A DNA stretch of 63,996 nt, filler included, from Octopus bimaculoides (lineage: Eukaryota): assembly GCF_001194135.2 (NCBI RefSeq). It is 6 parts of 6 records of this genome, joined end to end, with 100 filler letters (N's around TTAATTAATTAA, not from the genome) between each part and the next. Parts side by side here need not be neighbours in the genome. Positions count along the whole stretch, not along the records: positions 62,946 to 63,996 come from NW_026332323.1; 5 more parts are not named here. One strand, given 5' to 3'. Both the position numbers and the translations under genes were made by a program. Positions 63,080-63,996 of the stretch are shown in pieces. The number at the start of each line of letters is the position of its first letter. The first letter of the stretch is position 1. The notes beneath the pieces are model-generated. The model made no database searches. It was not told the DNA's origin and worked only from the letters and a program-made list of their open reading frames with translations.

Positions 63080-63196
63080 TCTTACAGCTGTTTCAGCCAA
63101 GAGGCCATAGTACCCCATTTTACCTTTATCCCTCCAGTGAAGTATTTGGTAGATAAGATTGAGGTACTTGGGTGTGTCTCTGGGCTTCGTCAGAGA
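63080..63196 (-). ncRNA. Type I hammerhead ribozyme-like motif with a long stem II insert
   Basis: UCU-CUGACGA-AGCC(~84 nt)GGCU-GAAAC-AGCU-GUA-AGA. The core is canonical and stem III is the palindrome ACAGCUGU. Confidence 0.65.
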
Positions 63197-63344
63197 ATTT
63201 AGAAAGTTCACAAGATTAAGTTATAAATATATATATATATATACATACTTTTAAATATACACACATATACATAAATATACATAAACGCATATACACGTAT
63301 TAAAATGTATATGCATATATATGTATATGCATACAAAGGAATCA

Positions 63345-63409
<65 letters not shown>

Positions 63410-63996
63410 GTGTATTATATAAATTTAATCTTATTACATAAAGTATAAACAGAGGTAGGAGAAAATCATTAAAAGAGAAGTAATAGTGCAAGTCAAAAAA
63501 AAAAAAAAAACAATGTATCTTAAGATTATTGTAGTTATGTAGGAATGAAAAGGTATATACATGAAGAATACATATATATTTACGTACAAACATACCCATA
63601 CTAATTAAAGGTCACAATACATGTACATAATAAAGCGCATCTAATAGGTTCATATGTTGAGAAAACTCAAACATATTCTTCAAGTGCAAGCCACATTTCA
63701 TGACGAACTAAAGAAATTGAATATGAAACTATTAGTTGCGCTTTAGTACATGTATTGTAACCTTTAAATAAATAATATTTATCTCTCACCAGATGGAACA
63801 CTTTTTTTGTTGAATTTTCTATCACGGTTCAGTACATGATATATATATGTATATAAATCTTTAGATGCATATATTAAGATGCATGTATGTGTGTAAACAT
63901 ATACATGCATATACTTATATATGCATACACGCATATATTTAATATCTATCTATTTACATACGATATATGTATGTGCATGTATGTGCATATATATAT

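Noticed and set aside
1-63996. CRISPR arrays, rRNA genes or operon-like prokaryotic systems
   Set aside because: The sequence is eukaryotic with spliceosomal introns, and no repeat-spacer array or rRNA-like sequence was seen.

Overview
This is a gappy, AT-rich, microsatellite-dense animal genomic window. Its tRNA-derived SINE families and clustered C2H2 zinc-finger genes point to a coleoid cephalopod, most likely Octopus (inference). Host genes: four in-phase + strand exons (2407-8442) encode the C-terminal region of RAD17, and two intronless minus-strand C2H2 ZNF ORFs lie at 45827-46516 (7 fingers) and 54018-54833 (8 fingers). The second ZNF ORF continues past its stop as about 8 decayed fingers. 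These are split by SINE and MITE insertions and end in a 66-bp minisatellite that appears to derive from a finger. The rest is a transposon graveyard: RTE, HERO-like and L1/Tx1 LINE fragments, Penelope-like pieces, two pogo-type transposons, a mariner, Helitron/HINE pieces, TTAA MITEs and at least four SINE-like families. The most unusual signals are several hammerhead-ribozyme-like motifs, one inside a short element with an intact tRNA-type Pol III promoter and a downstream T-run terminator. Also notable are a decayed duplicate of a RAD17 exon next to a live acceptor, two LINE/DNA-transposon fusion junctions, and a locally amplified ancient RTE fragment. The TTAATTAATTAA islands inside N-runs and the duplicated gap flanks are assembly artefacts. 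No database searches were run; family names come from motif recognition, and repeat boundaries are approximate.
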